64,000 nt of DNA from Thalassolituus sp. (GTDB lineage Bacteria; Pseudomonadota; Gammaproteobacteria; Pseudomonadales; Oceanobacteraceae): positions 640 through 64,639 of the forward strand of contig NZ_JAWUWR010000079.1 of assembly GCF_034111725.1 (NCBI RefSeq), written 5' to 3'. Shown in pieces: positions 30,711 to 40,824 of the stretch. The notes under the pieces are model-generated. The model did no database searches, had not been told where the DNA came from, and saw only the letters and a list, made by a program, of their open reading frames with translations. Position numbers and translations under genes: made by a program. Each line of letters opens with the position of its first letter. Positions within the stretch are counted from its first letter, which is position 1.

Positions 30711-31027
30711 GCTGATTCTCCATCCAAACTGCCCATCACATCGCCACGGAAACCGTAAACTTTACGGTCGCCCACATACGCCACTAATTCCACTTCGCGG
30801 CCTTGGCCCGGTTCAAAACGCACCGCCGTACCAGAGGCAATATTTAGCCGAAATCCTTTGGTTTTTTCACGCTCGAACGACAGCGCCATGTTGGTTTCAT
30901 AAAAGTGATAATGCGAACCCACTTGCACCGGACGGTCGCCAGTATTCTCGACCCGTAGCGTAATGGTCGGGCGGCCTTCATTAAGAAGGATATCGCCTTC
31001 ACCGACGATAATTTCACCTGGAATCAT
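30707..31027 (-). CDS. ureB: urease subunit beta
   Basis: [29 protein letters not shown]. Confidence 0.96.
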   Translation of the reverse strand: MIPGEIIVGEGDILLNEGRPTITLRVENTGDRPVQVGSHYHFYETNMALSFEREKTKGFRLNIASGTAVRFEPGQGREVELVAYVGDRKVYGFRGDVMGSLDGESA

Positions 31028-31084
31028 GCTTCTTATCTCCGTTTTTCAGTAAAAGCCTTGTGTGCGAAATGAGTACAGGCGCTT

Positions 31085-31387
31085 TTAAACAATGGGTTCG
31101 TGAACAGTGACTAACTTAGTCCCATCGGGAAAGGTCGCTTCCACTTGTACTTCGTGGATTAACTCAGGCACGCCGGGCATAACTTGATCAGCCGTCAGCA
31201 GGGTTTTGCCGTAGCTCATTAATTCGGCCACGGTTTTACCATCGCGTGCGCCTTCAATGATTTCCATCGAAAGATAGGCCATGGCTTCTGGATAATTTAA
31301 TTTTAAGCCGCGATTAAGCCGACGTTCGGCTAATAAAGCTGCGGTAAAAATCAGCAGCTTATCCTTTTCGCGTGGTAGTAATTCCAT
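31085..31387 (-). CDS. ureA: urease subunit gamma
   Basis: [31 protein letters not shown]. Confidence 0.96.
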   Translation of the reverse strand: MELLPREKDKLLIFTAALLAERRLNRGLKLNYPEAMAYLSMEIIEGARDGKTVAELMSYGKTLLTADQVMPGVPELIHEVQVEATFPDGTKLVTVHEPIV

Positions 31388-31437
31388 CATTCACCTCGGT
31401 GTTAATAACTAGCGCATGAGCGCCAAATTAAATGAAT

Positions 31438-32322
31438 TTAAGTCGCCCAAATGCGTGGTGCACAGGCAGGTCGCTGTAATAAATGTGGTCGGACGAGTGA
31501 CCAAGCGGCGACCAATAACTGGCGTGCTTTTTCGCTACAGGTGCCCAGATAACGCACAGTTAATATTTCACCATTCAACGTCACACCGGCGAGTTCGTTG
31601 TCGCACAAAGCCTGCAATGCGCCCATCAGATCGTCGGGTAACGGTGCGGAAAATGGCCCAGCGACTAACAGCCCGTGTACTGGATGGCCGCGAAAACCGG
31701 CTGCCGCATTGAGGTGGCTATTTTGCTCAGGCGATAAATTCAGGCGTTCGTTAAAAATTAACCGCCCTTGATTATAAAGACGTAGCCCTTGTTTTAAATG
31801 CGTCGTTTGCCCTAGGTCGTCGAGCCGCGCTTCATTGGCGGGCAAGCCCAGACTGACAATATCCCAACCGATAAAGCGGCTGTTTTTGCCTAGGCGCACA
31901 TTGGTTTGCAGGCGCGCGCGCGAAGAGGGGAAGAGAATCGTCTCCAGAGGCATCCATTCCAGTACGGCATCGTCGTCTATTGTTAGCTCTACTTGCTGTT
32001 GTTGCAGCAAGCCATCGCTGCGTGCGCGATAGACCCGACCAGCACCGGGTGTGGTAATCAGTGCATGACTGTGTGCTTCGGCATGAGCGCTGATGGCAAG
32101 AAAGTCGCCTGACACCATGCCACCCGGAGGATGAAGCAAATACACATGGGCGCAATCTGGGCCTTCGGGATAAAACGGTTTTTGCACGTACAGTGGACCG
32201 TTGTGCTCACTGCGAACTAAACGCGAGCCGCGTTCGGTGCGACGAAAACCGAGACTGAGCGAAGCACGCCAGCTCGAGGCATTGGTAATATTTAAATTCG
32301 GTGGCGGAACAGGCAGATTCAA
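31438..32322 (-). CDS. ureD: urease accessory protein UreD
   Basis: GPLYVQKPFYPEG, LHPPGG..SGD, C-terminal PRIWAT; TTG start after AGGAG. Confidence 0.93.
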   Translation of the reverse strand: MNLPVPPPNLNITNASSWRASLSLGFRRTERGSRLVRSEHNGPLYVQKPFYPEGPDCAHVYLLHPPGGMVSGDFLAISAHAEAHSHALITTPGAGRVYRARSDGLLQQQQVELTIDDDAVLEWMPLETILFPSSRARLQTNVRLGKNSRFIGWDIVSLGLPANEARLDDLGQTTHLKQGLRLYNQGRLIFNERLNLSPEQNSHLNAAAGFRGHPVHGLLVAGPFSAPLPDDLMGALQALCDNELAGVTLNGEILTVRYLGTCSEKARQLLVAAWSLVRPHLLQRPACAPRIWAT

Positions 32323-32587
32323 GCCGTTTCTCCTGTGCGGCTGAGCAGCGGTTTGAACCTTAGGTAGGAACGTGCGCCGTTATATTGCAATCACTTTACA
32401 ACTGTCTCAGGGGGGAGGCAAACCCATAGATGATTTAAAACTGGGCGCAAAGTTGCCAATTAAAAAAAACTGGATGATTTTATGTAAGTTATTGAAAATT
32501 AGAAGGTTTCTATCAGATTTTAAGGCGCAAATTAATGCTGAACGAAAGAAGATAATTGCGATTCAGGTATCGCTATTCGAGGACTGT

Positions 32588-32617
32588 TAATCAGGTAGCC
32601 GTGTGGCTACCTGATTA
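32588..32617 (-). terminator. stem-loop downstream of metG
   Basis: perfect 13-bp stem TAATCAGGTAGCC-gtgt-GGCTACCTGATTA; weak U-tract. Confidence 0.6.
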
Positions 32618-32627
32618 GCAATAGAGC

Positions 32628-34745
32628 TTACATTACCCGCATACCCGGCTGCGCACCGTCATGTGGTTCTAGCAACCAGATGTCTGATCCACCCGGACCA
32701 GCAGCCAGTACCATGCCTTCGGACATGCCGAACTTCATTTTGCGTGGTGCTAAGTTAGCGACCATCACCGTTAACTTGCCTTCGAGGTCTTCTGGCTTAT
32801 AAGCCGATTTAATCCCCGAGAACACGTTACGCAGTTCGCCATTGCCGATATCCAAGGTCAGTTGCAGCAGTTTGTCCGCGCCTTCCACGTGATTGGCTTT
32901 AACGATACGAGCAATACGTAAATCGACTTTAGCAAAATCTGGAAATTCGATGGCTTCAGCAATGGCTTCAGAACCGTCTTCGCGAGTGGCTGGGCCTTTG
33001 GCTTTTTTCTCGTCCTTTTTACTACCGTCTTTTTTTGCGTCTTTCTTTGCAGCCGTTTTGTCGTCTTTTTGTGCTGAAGTACCGGCTTCTTTTGCCAAAA
33101 GTTCTTGGGTATCGAACAGGATGGCGTTGACCTTGTCCATTTCGGCACGATTTAACATTGGCTTAAACTTGTTAATGCTATGACCCAAGAGAATGGCGCG
33201 GTTATCCCACTGCAAATTATCAAGGTTCATAAACTCACAAGTTTTTTGCGCTAATTCTGGTAATACTGGAGCAAGGTAGGTCATCAATTGACGGAACAAG
33301 TTGAGTGCTACCGAGCATACATCTAAAACTTCTTGTTCACGGCCTTCTTCTTTGGCCATCGCCCAAGGCGCTTTTTCTTGGATGTATTCGTTAGCGCGAT
33401 CGGCCAGTGTCATGACTTCTTTCATGGCACGACCAAACTCGCGTTTTTCGTAGAAATCAGCAATCACATCACCACGATCAATAAAGCTTTGCAGCATTTC
33501 TGGCTCGGCACATTGGCTGCTTAACTGACCACCGGCTTTCATAATAAAGCTAGCGCTACGGCTGGCGATGTTGACCAGTTTATTGACGAGGTCGGAGTTT
33601 ACGCGCTGTACGAAGTCTTCTAGGTTTAAATCGAAATCATCGATGCTAGAGCTTAATTTTGCCGCAAAGTAGTAGCGCAAATAGGTTGGATTTAAATGAT
33701 CCAAATAAGTACGGGCGGTAATAAAAGTGCCGCGCGATTTCGACATCTTTGCGCCGTTAACGGTGACAAAACCGTGCGCGTTTACTGCTGTCGGTGTGCG
33801 GTATTCTGCTGCCGTGAGCATCGATGGCCAAAACAGCGCATGGAAGTTAATAATATCTTTGCCGATAAAGTGATACACCTCGGCTTCTGAACCGACCTTC
33901 CAGTAATCGTCGAAGTTTAAATCGTCACGACGGTCGCATAAATTTTTAAAGCTGGCCATGTAACCAATCGGCGCGTCGAGCCAAACGTAAAAATACTTGC
34001 CCGGCGCATCTGGAATTTCAAAACCAAAATACGGTGCATCGCGTGATATGTCCCACTCTTGCAGGCCGCTATCTAGCCATTCAGCCAACTTGTTAGCCAC
34101 TTCGTCTTGTAGCGTGCCAGAGCGTGTCCACTCTTGTAAAAAGCTCTGGAATTCAGGCAATTTAAAAAAGAAATGCTCGGATTCTTTTTCAACTGGGGTG
34201 GCACCCGAAATAACCGAAAATGGGTTTTTTAATTCTGCAGGGGTATAGGTTGCACCACAGACTTCGCAGTTATCGCCGTACTGATCACCAGCGCCACACT
34301 TAGGGCATTCGCCTTTGATGTAACGGTCGGCTAAGAAAATCTCTTTTACCGGGTCGAATAGCTGTTTGATACTGCGCGTGGCGATATAGCCTTTATCGCG
34401 ACAGGCTTTGTAAATCTCGGCCGATAGCACACGGTTTTCTTCACTGTGCGTGCTATGAAAGTTGTCGAACGCAATTTGGAAATCGGCGAAGTCTTTTTCG
34501 TGCTCGGCTTTTACTCGTGCAATTTGTTCTTCTGGCGAAATGCCTTCTTTTTCTGCGCGTAACATAATCGCAGTGCCATGTGCATCATCAGCACAAACGT
34601 AAGTGCACTGATGACCACGCGATTTTTGAAAGCGAACCCAAATATCAGTTTGAATGTACTCCAACAGATGCCCAAGGTGGATAGAACCGTTGGCATAAGG
34701 AAGGGCGCTGGTGACTAGGATGTTACGAGAGTTCTGTGCGGTCAT
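32628..34745 (-). CDS. metG: methionine--tRNA ligase
   Basis: ALPYANG-HLGH, zinc knuckle, KMSKS, C-terminal tRNA-binding domain after a Lys-rich linker. Confidence 0.97.
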   Translation of the reverse strand: MTAQNSRNILVTSALPYANGSIHLGHLLEYIQTDIWVRFQKSRGHQCTYVCADDAHGTAIMLRAEKEGISPEEQIARVKAEHEKDFADFQIAFDNFHSTHSEENRVLSAEIYKACRDKGYIATRSIKQLFDPVKEIFLADRYIKGECPKCGAGDQYGDNCEVCGATYTPAELKNPFSVISGATPVEKESEHFFFKLPEFQSFLQEWTRSGTLQDEVANKLAEWLDSGLQEWDISRDAPYFGFEIPDAPGKYFYVWLDAPIGYMASFKNLCDRRDDLNFDDYWKVGSEAEVYHFIGKDIINFHALFWPSMLTAAEYRTPTAVNAHGFVTVNGAKMSKSRGTFITARTYLDHLNPTYLRYYFAAKLSSSIDDFDLNLEDFVQRVNSDLVNKLVNIASRSASFIMKAGGQLSSQCAEPEMLQSFIDRGDVIADFYEKREFGRAMKEVMTLADRANEYIQEKAPWAMAKEEGREQEVLDVCSVALNLFRQLMTYLAPVLPELAQKTCEFMNLDNLQWDNRAILLGHSINKFKPMLNRAEMDKVNAILFDTQELLAKEAGTSAQKDDKTAAKKDAKKDGSKKDEKKAKGPATREDGSEAIAEAIEFPDFAKVDLRIARIVKANHVEGADKLLQLTLDIGNGELRNVFSGIKSAYKPEDLEGKLTVMVANLAPRKMKFGMSEGMVLAAGPGGSDIWLLEPHDGAQPGMRVM

Positions 34746-34804
34746 GACAATTCGCTACGGGTTGCTCAAAGAAAGGGCGCCATTGTAGCGGGTATTGCGT
34801 TCGG

Positions 34805-34839
34805 CTTCACGCCCAAGATACATCTCTTCGGGCGTGAAG
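34805..34839 (-). terminator. stem-loop between corB/yfjD and metG
   Basis: CTTCACGCCC-AAGA...TCTT-C-GGGCGTGAAG inverted repeat. Confidence 0.55.
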
Positions 34840-34852
34840 TTATTAAGGCATG

Positions 34853-36142
34853 TTATTCGTGGTGATCAGCGACCCTAGGGTCGAGAGTCACCTTGGCGGT
34901 GCGGATAGTATTGTCTTTAATTTGCATGATCTCGATACGATAGCGGCCAATGAGTAAGCAGACTGGCGCCTCGGGAATGTGCTCGAGCATTTCTACAATT
35001 AATCCACTGATGGATTTTGGACCATCGGTCGGCAAATCCCACTTCAGCGCGCGATTAACGTCACGCACGTACGCAGTGCCATCGACGATAAAGCTGCCAT
35101 CGTCTTGCGGATGTACATCAGGAGAACTGCTGGAGGCAACGTCGGTGGTAAATTCGCCCACGATCTCTTCTAAGATATCTTCCAAGGTACAAATACCCTG
35201 AACATCGCCATACTCATCAACCACCAGTGCAATACGACGCTGGTTTTTCTGGAAGTTGAATAGCTGAGTGTGCAGCGGCGTACTTTCAGGAATGAAATAT
35301 GGTTCGCGGCAGATTTCTTCGATATCGGCTTTGAGATACTCACCCGATGACAAAAAGCGACTGATATTGCGGGTGTGCAAAATACCCACCACGTTATTGA
35401 TATCACCACGGAATACCGGCAAGCGCGTATGTTGTGTGGTACGCAGTTGCTGAATCACTTCGCTGAGCGAATCATCTAAATCAATGCCCATTACCTCGTT
35501 ACGCGGCACCATAATGTCGTTAACCGTCATCTTCTCTAAATCGAGAATACTGATCAGCATATGCTGGTGGCGCTTCGGGATCATAGTACCGGCTTCACGT
35601 ACGACAGTGCGCAATTCTTCAGTGCTAAGGTTATCTGGGGTGGTGTTATTCACATCAATGCGGATGATTTTTAACAGCGCATTGGCAATGGTGTTCACGA
35701 ACCATACAAAAGGGTGCAGAGCCCACTGCAATGGAATCAATAACCGCGCAGCAGGAAAGGCAATTCGTTCCGGCATGATTGCGGCTAATGTTTTCGGCGT
35801 TAATTCGGCAAAAATAAGGACCACCAAAGTAAATAAAATGGTGTTCACAAATACCGCAAGATCGGGATTGTCCGGCCACAAACGTTGGCTAATGATGGTG
35901 GCTAGCGCGGCTGCGGCAAAGTTAACTAGGTTGTTACCAGTAAGAATGGTGCCGATTAAACGATCGGGCTTTTCCAACAACTTAGAAGCACGCATGGCAC
36001 CTTTGTGCTTGCTCTTGGCCATATGGCGCAAGCGATAGCGGTTGAGCGACATCATTCCGGTTTCAGAACTGGAGAAGAATCCTGACATAACGATCAGGAG
36101 AGCAAGTATGCCGAATAGCATACTTAAGGGGACGTCATTCAA
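34853..36142 (-). CDS. HlyC/CorC (CNNM-CBS-CorC) family transporter, CorB/YfjD-like
   Basis: SGFFSSSETG, AELTPKT, CBS pair (HTRLPV, VVDEYG, LEDILEEIVGE); follows ypjD. Confidence 0.9.
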   Translation of the reverse strand: MNDVPLSMLFGILALLIVMSGFFSSSETGMMSLNRYRLRHMAKSKHKGAMRASKLLEKPDRLIGTILTGNNLVNFAAAALATIISQRLWPDNPDLAVFVNTILFTLVVLIFAELTPKTLAAIMPERIAFPAARLLIPLQWALHPFVWFVNTIANALLKIIRIDVNNTTPDNLSTEELRTVVREAGTMIPKRHQHMLISILDLEKMTVNDIMVPRNEVMGIDLDDSLSEVIQQLRTTQHTRLPVFRGDINNVVGILHTRNISRFLSSGEYLKADIEEICREPYFIPESTPLHTQLFNFQKNQRRIALVVDEYGDVQGICTLEDILEEIVGEFTTDVASSSSPDVHPQDDGSFIVDGTAYVRDVNRALKWDLPTDGPKSISGLIVEMLEHIPEAPVCLLIGRYRIEIMQIKDNTIRTAKVTLDPRVADHHE

Positions 36143-36243
36143 GACGGTATCCTTTCATAATTTCGATCCCGCCATCATAGGGTGTAGGTCTCAACTGTCA
36201 ACAGACAGAGAGGTTAGTCAGTGCTAAATCGCTTCAGCTCTGT

Positions 36244-37050
36244 CTATAGCGGCGATACATGCAAAATAACTTCGAGAACAAAGCGCGAACCGAAATACGA
36301 CATGACCAAGAATCCTGTGCCAACAAGCGTCCAACGGCTAGCGATCACGCCGCGCCAGCCAAAGCGATAACGGCCAAACAATAATCCCGCGAAGACTAGC
36401 CAGCCGATGCAACCAAAGGCTACCTTGTGAATAAGGTGCTGGCCTTTAATGTCGATCACGTGTGGCCAACCAATAGCAAAGGCTGCGGTTAATAAAATCA
36501 TGCCTAACCAGATCATTTCGAATAACAATACATCCATAGTTTGCAGCGACGGTAGCGCCTGCACTAGACCGCGGGTTTGATGTTTGCGTAAGTGTTGATC
36601 TTGCAACATCACCAGTACGGCTTGCATGGAAGCTATGGTGAAGGTGCTGTATGCCAGAATCGACAGCAAAATATGCCACGTTAGGCCGTAATTAAGGTCG
36701 GTGAAAATAACAACTTTATGAAAAATAGAGGCTGTTAATAAAACCAGGGCAGCCATCGGTAACAAGCCAATCAATAAGTTGTCGACTGGTTTGCGCCAGC
36801 TAGAAAATAGTAGCAGTAAGGTAATGACCAAGGAAATCAAAGAGCCCACTTGTAAAAAGGCCAAGTTGATTTCATCGCCTTTGAACATAGTGGTCGCTAC
36901 GTAGCCGATGTGCAGAAGTGCAGCGATTGCAGTGCTGCTGCGCACTAATCCACGAGAATTTTGGCGGCGGCCAGTAGCCACTAACCATTGCACAAAGGCT
37001 GCAACAATATAGAAACCAGCAGCAGGGGCTGCCAATGCGAATCCAGACAT
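36244..37050 (-). CDS. ypjD: inner membrane protein YpjD (CcsA-like cytochrome c assembly family)
   Basis: HILLSILAY, LPSL, HK, GWRG, YFGSRFVLE; divergent from ffh. Confidence 0.88.
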   Translation of the reverse strand: MSGFALAAPAAGFYIVAAFVQWLVATGRRQNSRGLVRSSTAIAALLHIGYVATTMFKGDEINLAFLQVGSLISLVITLLLLFSSWRKPVDNLLIGLLPMAALVLLTASIFHKVVIFTDLNYGLTWHILLSILAYSTFTIASMQAVLVMLQDQHLRKHQTRGLVQALPSLQTMDVLLFEMIWLGMILLTAAFAIGWPHVIDIKGQHLIHKVAFGCIGWLVFAGLLFGRYRFGWRGVIASRWTLVGTGFLVMSYFGSRFVLEVILHVSPL

Positions 37051-37182
37051 TGTGATTCCTCAAAAAGATAGCCGCAGTGTCGCACATGGCGACACTCGGT
37101 AAAAGATGCATTAGCGGAGTTTGGGAGTAGAACCGCAACGCGCTATACTGCCGGCTGTTTTGTATTTGGCAGAGTCATCGAG

Positions 37183-38565
37183 ATGTTTGAGAGCCTCACG
37201 GACCGCCTTGGCAGTGCCCTTAAAGGGATTACTGGCCAAGCGAAGTTAACTGAAGACAACATTAAAGGCACCGTACGCGAAGTGCGTATGGCCTTATTGG
37301 AAGCCGACGTTGCATTACCGGTAGTAAAAGCCTTCACCGATCAGGTGAAAGAGCGCGCTATCGGCACTGATGTAATGAAGAGCCTAAACCCAGGCCAAGC
37401 GTTTTTGAAAATCGTCCATGACGAACTTCAAGCGGTGATGGGGGAAGCCAACGAAAAATTAAACCTCGCCACGCAACCGCCTGCCGTTATCGAAATGGCC
37501 GGTTTGCAGGGGGCGGGTAAAACGACCACTGTTGCCAAACTGGCTAAGTATCTTGCTGAGCGCGAGAAGAAAAAGGTCATGGTAGTTTCTGCTGATGTGT
37601 ATCGCCCTGCGGCGATTAAGCAGTTAGAAACCTTAGCTAAAGAAGTGGGTGCTCAATTCTTCCCATCTTCGGCTGATCAAAAGCCATTAGATATTGCCCG
37701 TAACGCTATTGATGCCGCTAAACGCGCGCATGTCGATGTATTATTGGTGGATACCGCCGGTCGTCTAGCGGTTGACGAAGCCATGATGGCAGAGATTCAA
37801 GCGCTGCACGCAGGTATCAAACCGATTGAAACCTTGTTCGTGGTCGATGCCATGACAGGTCAAGACGCCGCGAACACAGCGAAAGCGTTTAATGATGCTT
37901 TACCGCTAACCGGCGTGATTTTGACGAAGGCGGATGGTGATGCCCGTGGCGGTGCTGCTTTGTCGGTGCGCCATATTACTGGTAAGCCAATTAAGTTTAT
38001 GGGTATGGGCGAAAAGGTTGATGCTTTAGAGCCATTCCACCCTGATCGTGTTGCTTCTCGTATTTTGGATTTGGGCGATATTCTTACCCTGATCGAAGAG
38101 GCTGAACGCAAGATCGACAAGTCGAAGGCGGATAAACTCGCTAAGAAGATGAAGTCGGGTAAGGGCTTTGATCTTGAAGACTTCCTTGATCAAATTCAGC
38201 AAATGAAAAATATGGGCGGTTTAACAGGCATGCTCGATAAGTTACCGGGTATGGGTAATATGGGCGCGATGTCCAAACAAACTGACGCCGCTGAAAAACA
38301 GTTCAAGCAAATGGAGTCGATTATTTTCTCGATGACCCCTGATGAACGTCGCTTCCCCGATAAAATTAATGGTTCACGCAAAAAGCGTATTACCTTAGGT
38401 TCGGGTACCGAAATTCAGGATCTTAACCGTTTGCTCAAGCAACATAAGCAAATGCAAAAGATGATGAAGAAAGTATCGGCCAAGGGCGGTATGGCAAAAA
38501 TGATGCGCGCTATGGGCGGTGGTGGTGGAATGCCTCCCGGCGGCATGCCGCCTATGATGCGATAA
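37183..38565 (+). CDS. ffh: signal recognition particle protein Ffh
   Basis: GLQGAGKTT, DTAGR, TKADGDARGG, Met-rich M domain. Confidence 0.97.
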   Translation: MFESLTDRLGSALKGITGQAKLTEDNIKGTVREVRMALLEADVALPVVKAFTDQVKERAIGTDVMKSLNPGQAFLKIVHDELQAVMGEANEKLNLATQPPAVIEMAGLQGAGKTTTVAKLAKYLAEREKKKVMVVSADVYRPAAIKQLETLAKEVGAQFFPSSADQKPLDIARNAIDAAKRAHVDVLLVDTAGRLAVDEAMMAEIQALHAGIKPIETLFVVDAMTGQDAANTAKAFNDALPLTGVILTKADGDARGGAALSVRHITGKPIKFMGMGEKVDALEPFHPDRVASRILDLGDILTLIEEAERKIDKSKADKLAKKMKSGKGFDLEDFLDQIQQMKNMGGLTGMLDKLPGMGNMGAMSKQTDAAEKQFKQMESIIFSMTPDERRFPDKINGSRKKRITLGSGTEIQDLNRLLKQHKQMQKMMKKVSAKGGMAKMMRAMGGGGGMPPGGMPPMMR

Positions 38566-38580
38566 CTGTATTCATGATCC

Positions 38581-38617
38581 AAAAAACGGCTAGCCCATCG
38601 GGTTAGCCGTTTTTTTT
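38581..38617 (+). terminator. intrinsic terminator after ffh
   Basis: AAAAAACGGCTAGCCC-atc-GGGTTAGCCGTTTTTTTT. Confidence 0.9.
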
Positions 38618-38736
38618 GCCAAATAGCGATATTGTTTCGTATATGAATCTAATAATCTCATTATATCCCCCATTGTTTGTTTGGATGGAATGCTATGATG
38701 GCGCGAACTCAATCACCTACTGGAGGAGCAACTAGA

Positions 38737-39549
38737 ATGAAGCGAACTATCGCTTACTTGTCATTACTTATCATTCTATGTCTTTCGTCGATTACCCAAG
38801 CCGCCGCGATGCGCCAGCAAGGCCAATGGTATGGCTACTGGGGTTGGAATAACGCTACTTACTCCGATAGTGATATCCATTTTAAAGGCGATGATCACGA
38901 CTTCACTCTTTATAACGTTAGCGCACATGATCATCAGACCGAAGTGAGCGATAATGAGTTATTTCACTCGTACCTTAATCCATTTCGTATGACGATCCCC
39001 CAATACAATTGGCGCTTTGGTTATTTTGTTACTAATAACTGGTCTGTGTCTTTGGGCTTCGATCATATGAAATACGTCATGGTGCAAGATCAAACCGTCG
39101 ATATTAGCGGCACCATTTCTAAGCCCGGATTTGAACGTACCGACCCAGCGCTGGGCCAACAGCAACTCACCGGCGATTTCCTAACCTACGAACATACCGA
39201 TGGCTTTAACATGATTTCGTTAGAGACCGAAGGGTATTTGCCAGTATGGCAGTGGCAAGACAAGTTCGATGTCGCGCTATTCGCTGGTGGCGGCGGCGGT
39301 GTGCTATTTCCAAAAAGTAACGTAAAGCTATTAAGTGGTGAGCGTAACGACGAATGGCACGTAGCCGGTTACGCCTCGGTGGTGAAATTGGGTATCGAAG
39401 CCACCATTTGGAAACACGTATTTGTGCGCTTTTTAGGTAAATTCGGCTATGCCGATATGAGCGACGTACTCACCAGTAACAAAGGCGACAAGGCCGACCA
39501 AACCTTTTACTTCGATGAGTATATTGGCTCTGTAGGCTACCGCTTCTAA
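38737..39549 (+). CDS. putative outer membrane beta-barrel protein of unknown function
   Basis: signal peptide, alternating aromatic strands, C-terminal SVGYRF; ATG 38737 after GGAGGAG. Confidence 0.65.
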   Translation: MKRTIAYLSLLIILCLSSITQAAAMRQQGQWYGYWGWNNATYSDSDIHFKGDDHDFTLYNVSAHDHQTEVSDNELFHSYLNPFRMTIPQYNWRFGYFVTNNWSVSLGFDHMKYVMVQDQTVDISGTISKPGFERTDPALGQQQLTGDFLTYEHTDGFNMISLETEGYLPVWQWQDKFDVALFAGGGGGVLFPKSNVKLLSGERNDEWHVAGYASVVKLGIEATIWKHVFVRFLGKFGYADMSDVLTSNKGDKADQTFYFDEYIGSVGYRF

Positions 39550-39608
39550 GACGTCGTTTTCTGGTAATCTACCTCCTAAGTTCAGTGTAGGGCTCAGAGG
39601 GGTAGATT

Positions 39609-40028
39609 ATGTGGATTCAACGCACGATAACATTAGAGCCGTATGCTCGCGGTTTTCATTTAATTACCTCCGCAATAGAACAGCAACTTCCTGAATTAAG
39701 CCAAATTCAAGTCGGTCTGCTGCACGTATTTATTCAACACACCTCCGCTTCGCTTACCATTAATGAAAACGCCGACCCAACAGTGCGCGGTGATTTCGAG
39801 CGGGTATTTAATCGCTTAGTACCCGAGAATCAGCCTTACTATCAACACAATGATGAAGGCTCGGATGATTTGCCTGCGCATATTAAAACCAGCTTATTAG
39901 GACCATCGGTCACCATTCCGATTACCAATGGGCAATTAAATATGGGCACATGGCAGGGTGTTTATTTGTGCGAACACCGCGATTGTGGCGGCAGTAGGAG
40001 ATTGGTGCTGACGTTGAATGGTGAGTGA
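39609..40028 (+). CDS. yjbQ: YjbQ/UPF0047 family protein
   Basis: HTSASLTINENADP, DDLPAHIK, GTWQGVYLCEHR. Confidence 0.92.
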   Translation: MWIQRTITLEPYARGFHLITSAIEQQLPELSQIQVGLLHVFIQHTSASLTINENADPTVRGDFERVFNRLVPENQPYYQHNDEGSDDLPAHIKTSLLGPSVTIPITNGQLNMGTWQGVYLCEHRDCGGSRRLVLTLNGE

Positions 40029-40068
40029 TGGCTATCTTTAATATGGATTTATACAGCTGATCAATGAT

Positions 40069-40818
40069 TCAACCTGTGATACTTGATGCCATCCCATCGA
40101 GCCTTTCTTTTGTCTTTTCCCACTTTGGCATGACCTGATTCATCAGCCGATAAAACCGTTCGCTGTGGTTATGTTCAGCTATATGGCAAAGCTCATGCAA
40201 AATCACGTAATCAATACACTCACGAGGTGATTTAACCAGATGTGGGTTTAATGTAATTCGGCCATTAGGGGAACAACTGCCCCACTGAGTTTGCATCGTT
40301 AAAATGCGTAGGGGAGGGCAATCAGTTACCCAAAGTGCTTGTTCTAGCATTGCATCTAAGCGTTTAGCGAAGATTTCTTTTGCGCGTGCTTTATACCAAT
40401 CTGCCAGTAGCGCTTTTACTTTTTCGGCGTTTTTAATTCTTACTGATACTTCCAGCTTTCCTCGAAGCAGTTTGACGCCCTGAGCTTGCTCCGGCGCTTC
40501 TATTACTTTTAGTAGGTACTGTTTGCCTAAGTAATAATGGCTTTCGCCACTGATGTATTGGCGCGGCGTAATGTGCTCAAGTTGTTTGCGAAAATCACGT
40601 AGTTTTTCATAGATCCAGCGGCTACGTTTTTTTACTGCACTGAGTACCATGTCGTTGTCGGCATCTTCAGGAGCAGAGACAATAACACGGCAATCTGGGT
40701 GAACTTTAATCAGCACTTTGCTCGTGGCTTGGGGGCGTTTAACACGCTCAAACGCAATCTGCTGGTCAGCGTAATGAAAGCTCATAAGCTGGCGGTTGGG
40801 TTTAATCGGTACGTTCAT
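40069..40818 (-). CDS. YgjP/DUF45 (M48/SprT-like) zinc metallohydrolase
   Basis: GESHYYLG, WGSCS, YVILHELCH (HExxH), NHSERFY; usual last gene of such type I loci. Confidence 0.88.
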   Translation of the reverse strand: MNVPIKPNRQLMSFHYADQQIAFERVKRPQATSKVLIKVHPDCRVIVSAPEDADNDMVLSAVKKRSRWIYEKLRDFRKQLEHITPRQYISGESHYYLGKQYLLKVIEAPEQAQGVKLLRGKLEVSVRIKNAEKVKALLADWYKARAKEIFAKRLDAMLEQALWVTDCPPLRILTMQTQWGSCSPNGRITLNPHLVKSPRECIDYVILHELCHIAEHNHSERFYRLMNQVMPKWEKTKERLDGMASSITG

Positions 40819-40824
40819 AGGTCG

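Noticed and set aside
32441-32460. TGGCA...TTGC sigma54-like promoter upstream of ureD
   Set aside because: GG to GC spacing is not the required 10 nt
32372-32590. 72-aa ORF in the ureD-metG spacer
   Set aside because: AT-rich regulatory region with no family features; likely spurious
35484-36038. 184-aa antisense ORF and many similar 60-130 aa shadow ORFs in the track
   Set aside because: They lie fully opposite or within well-supported genes and show no RBS or family motifs
38641-38665. Possible Fur box upstream of the beta-barrel gene
   Set aside because: Only one half-site (AATCTCATT) matches; the other half is poor
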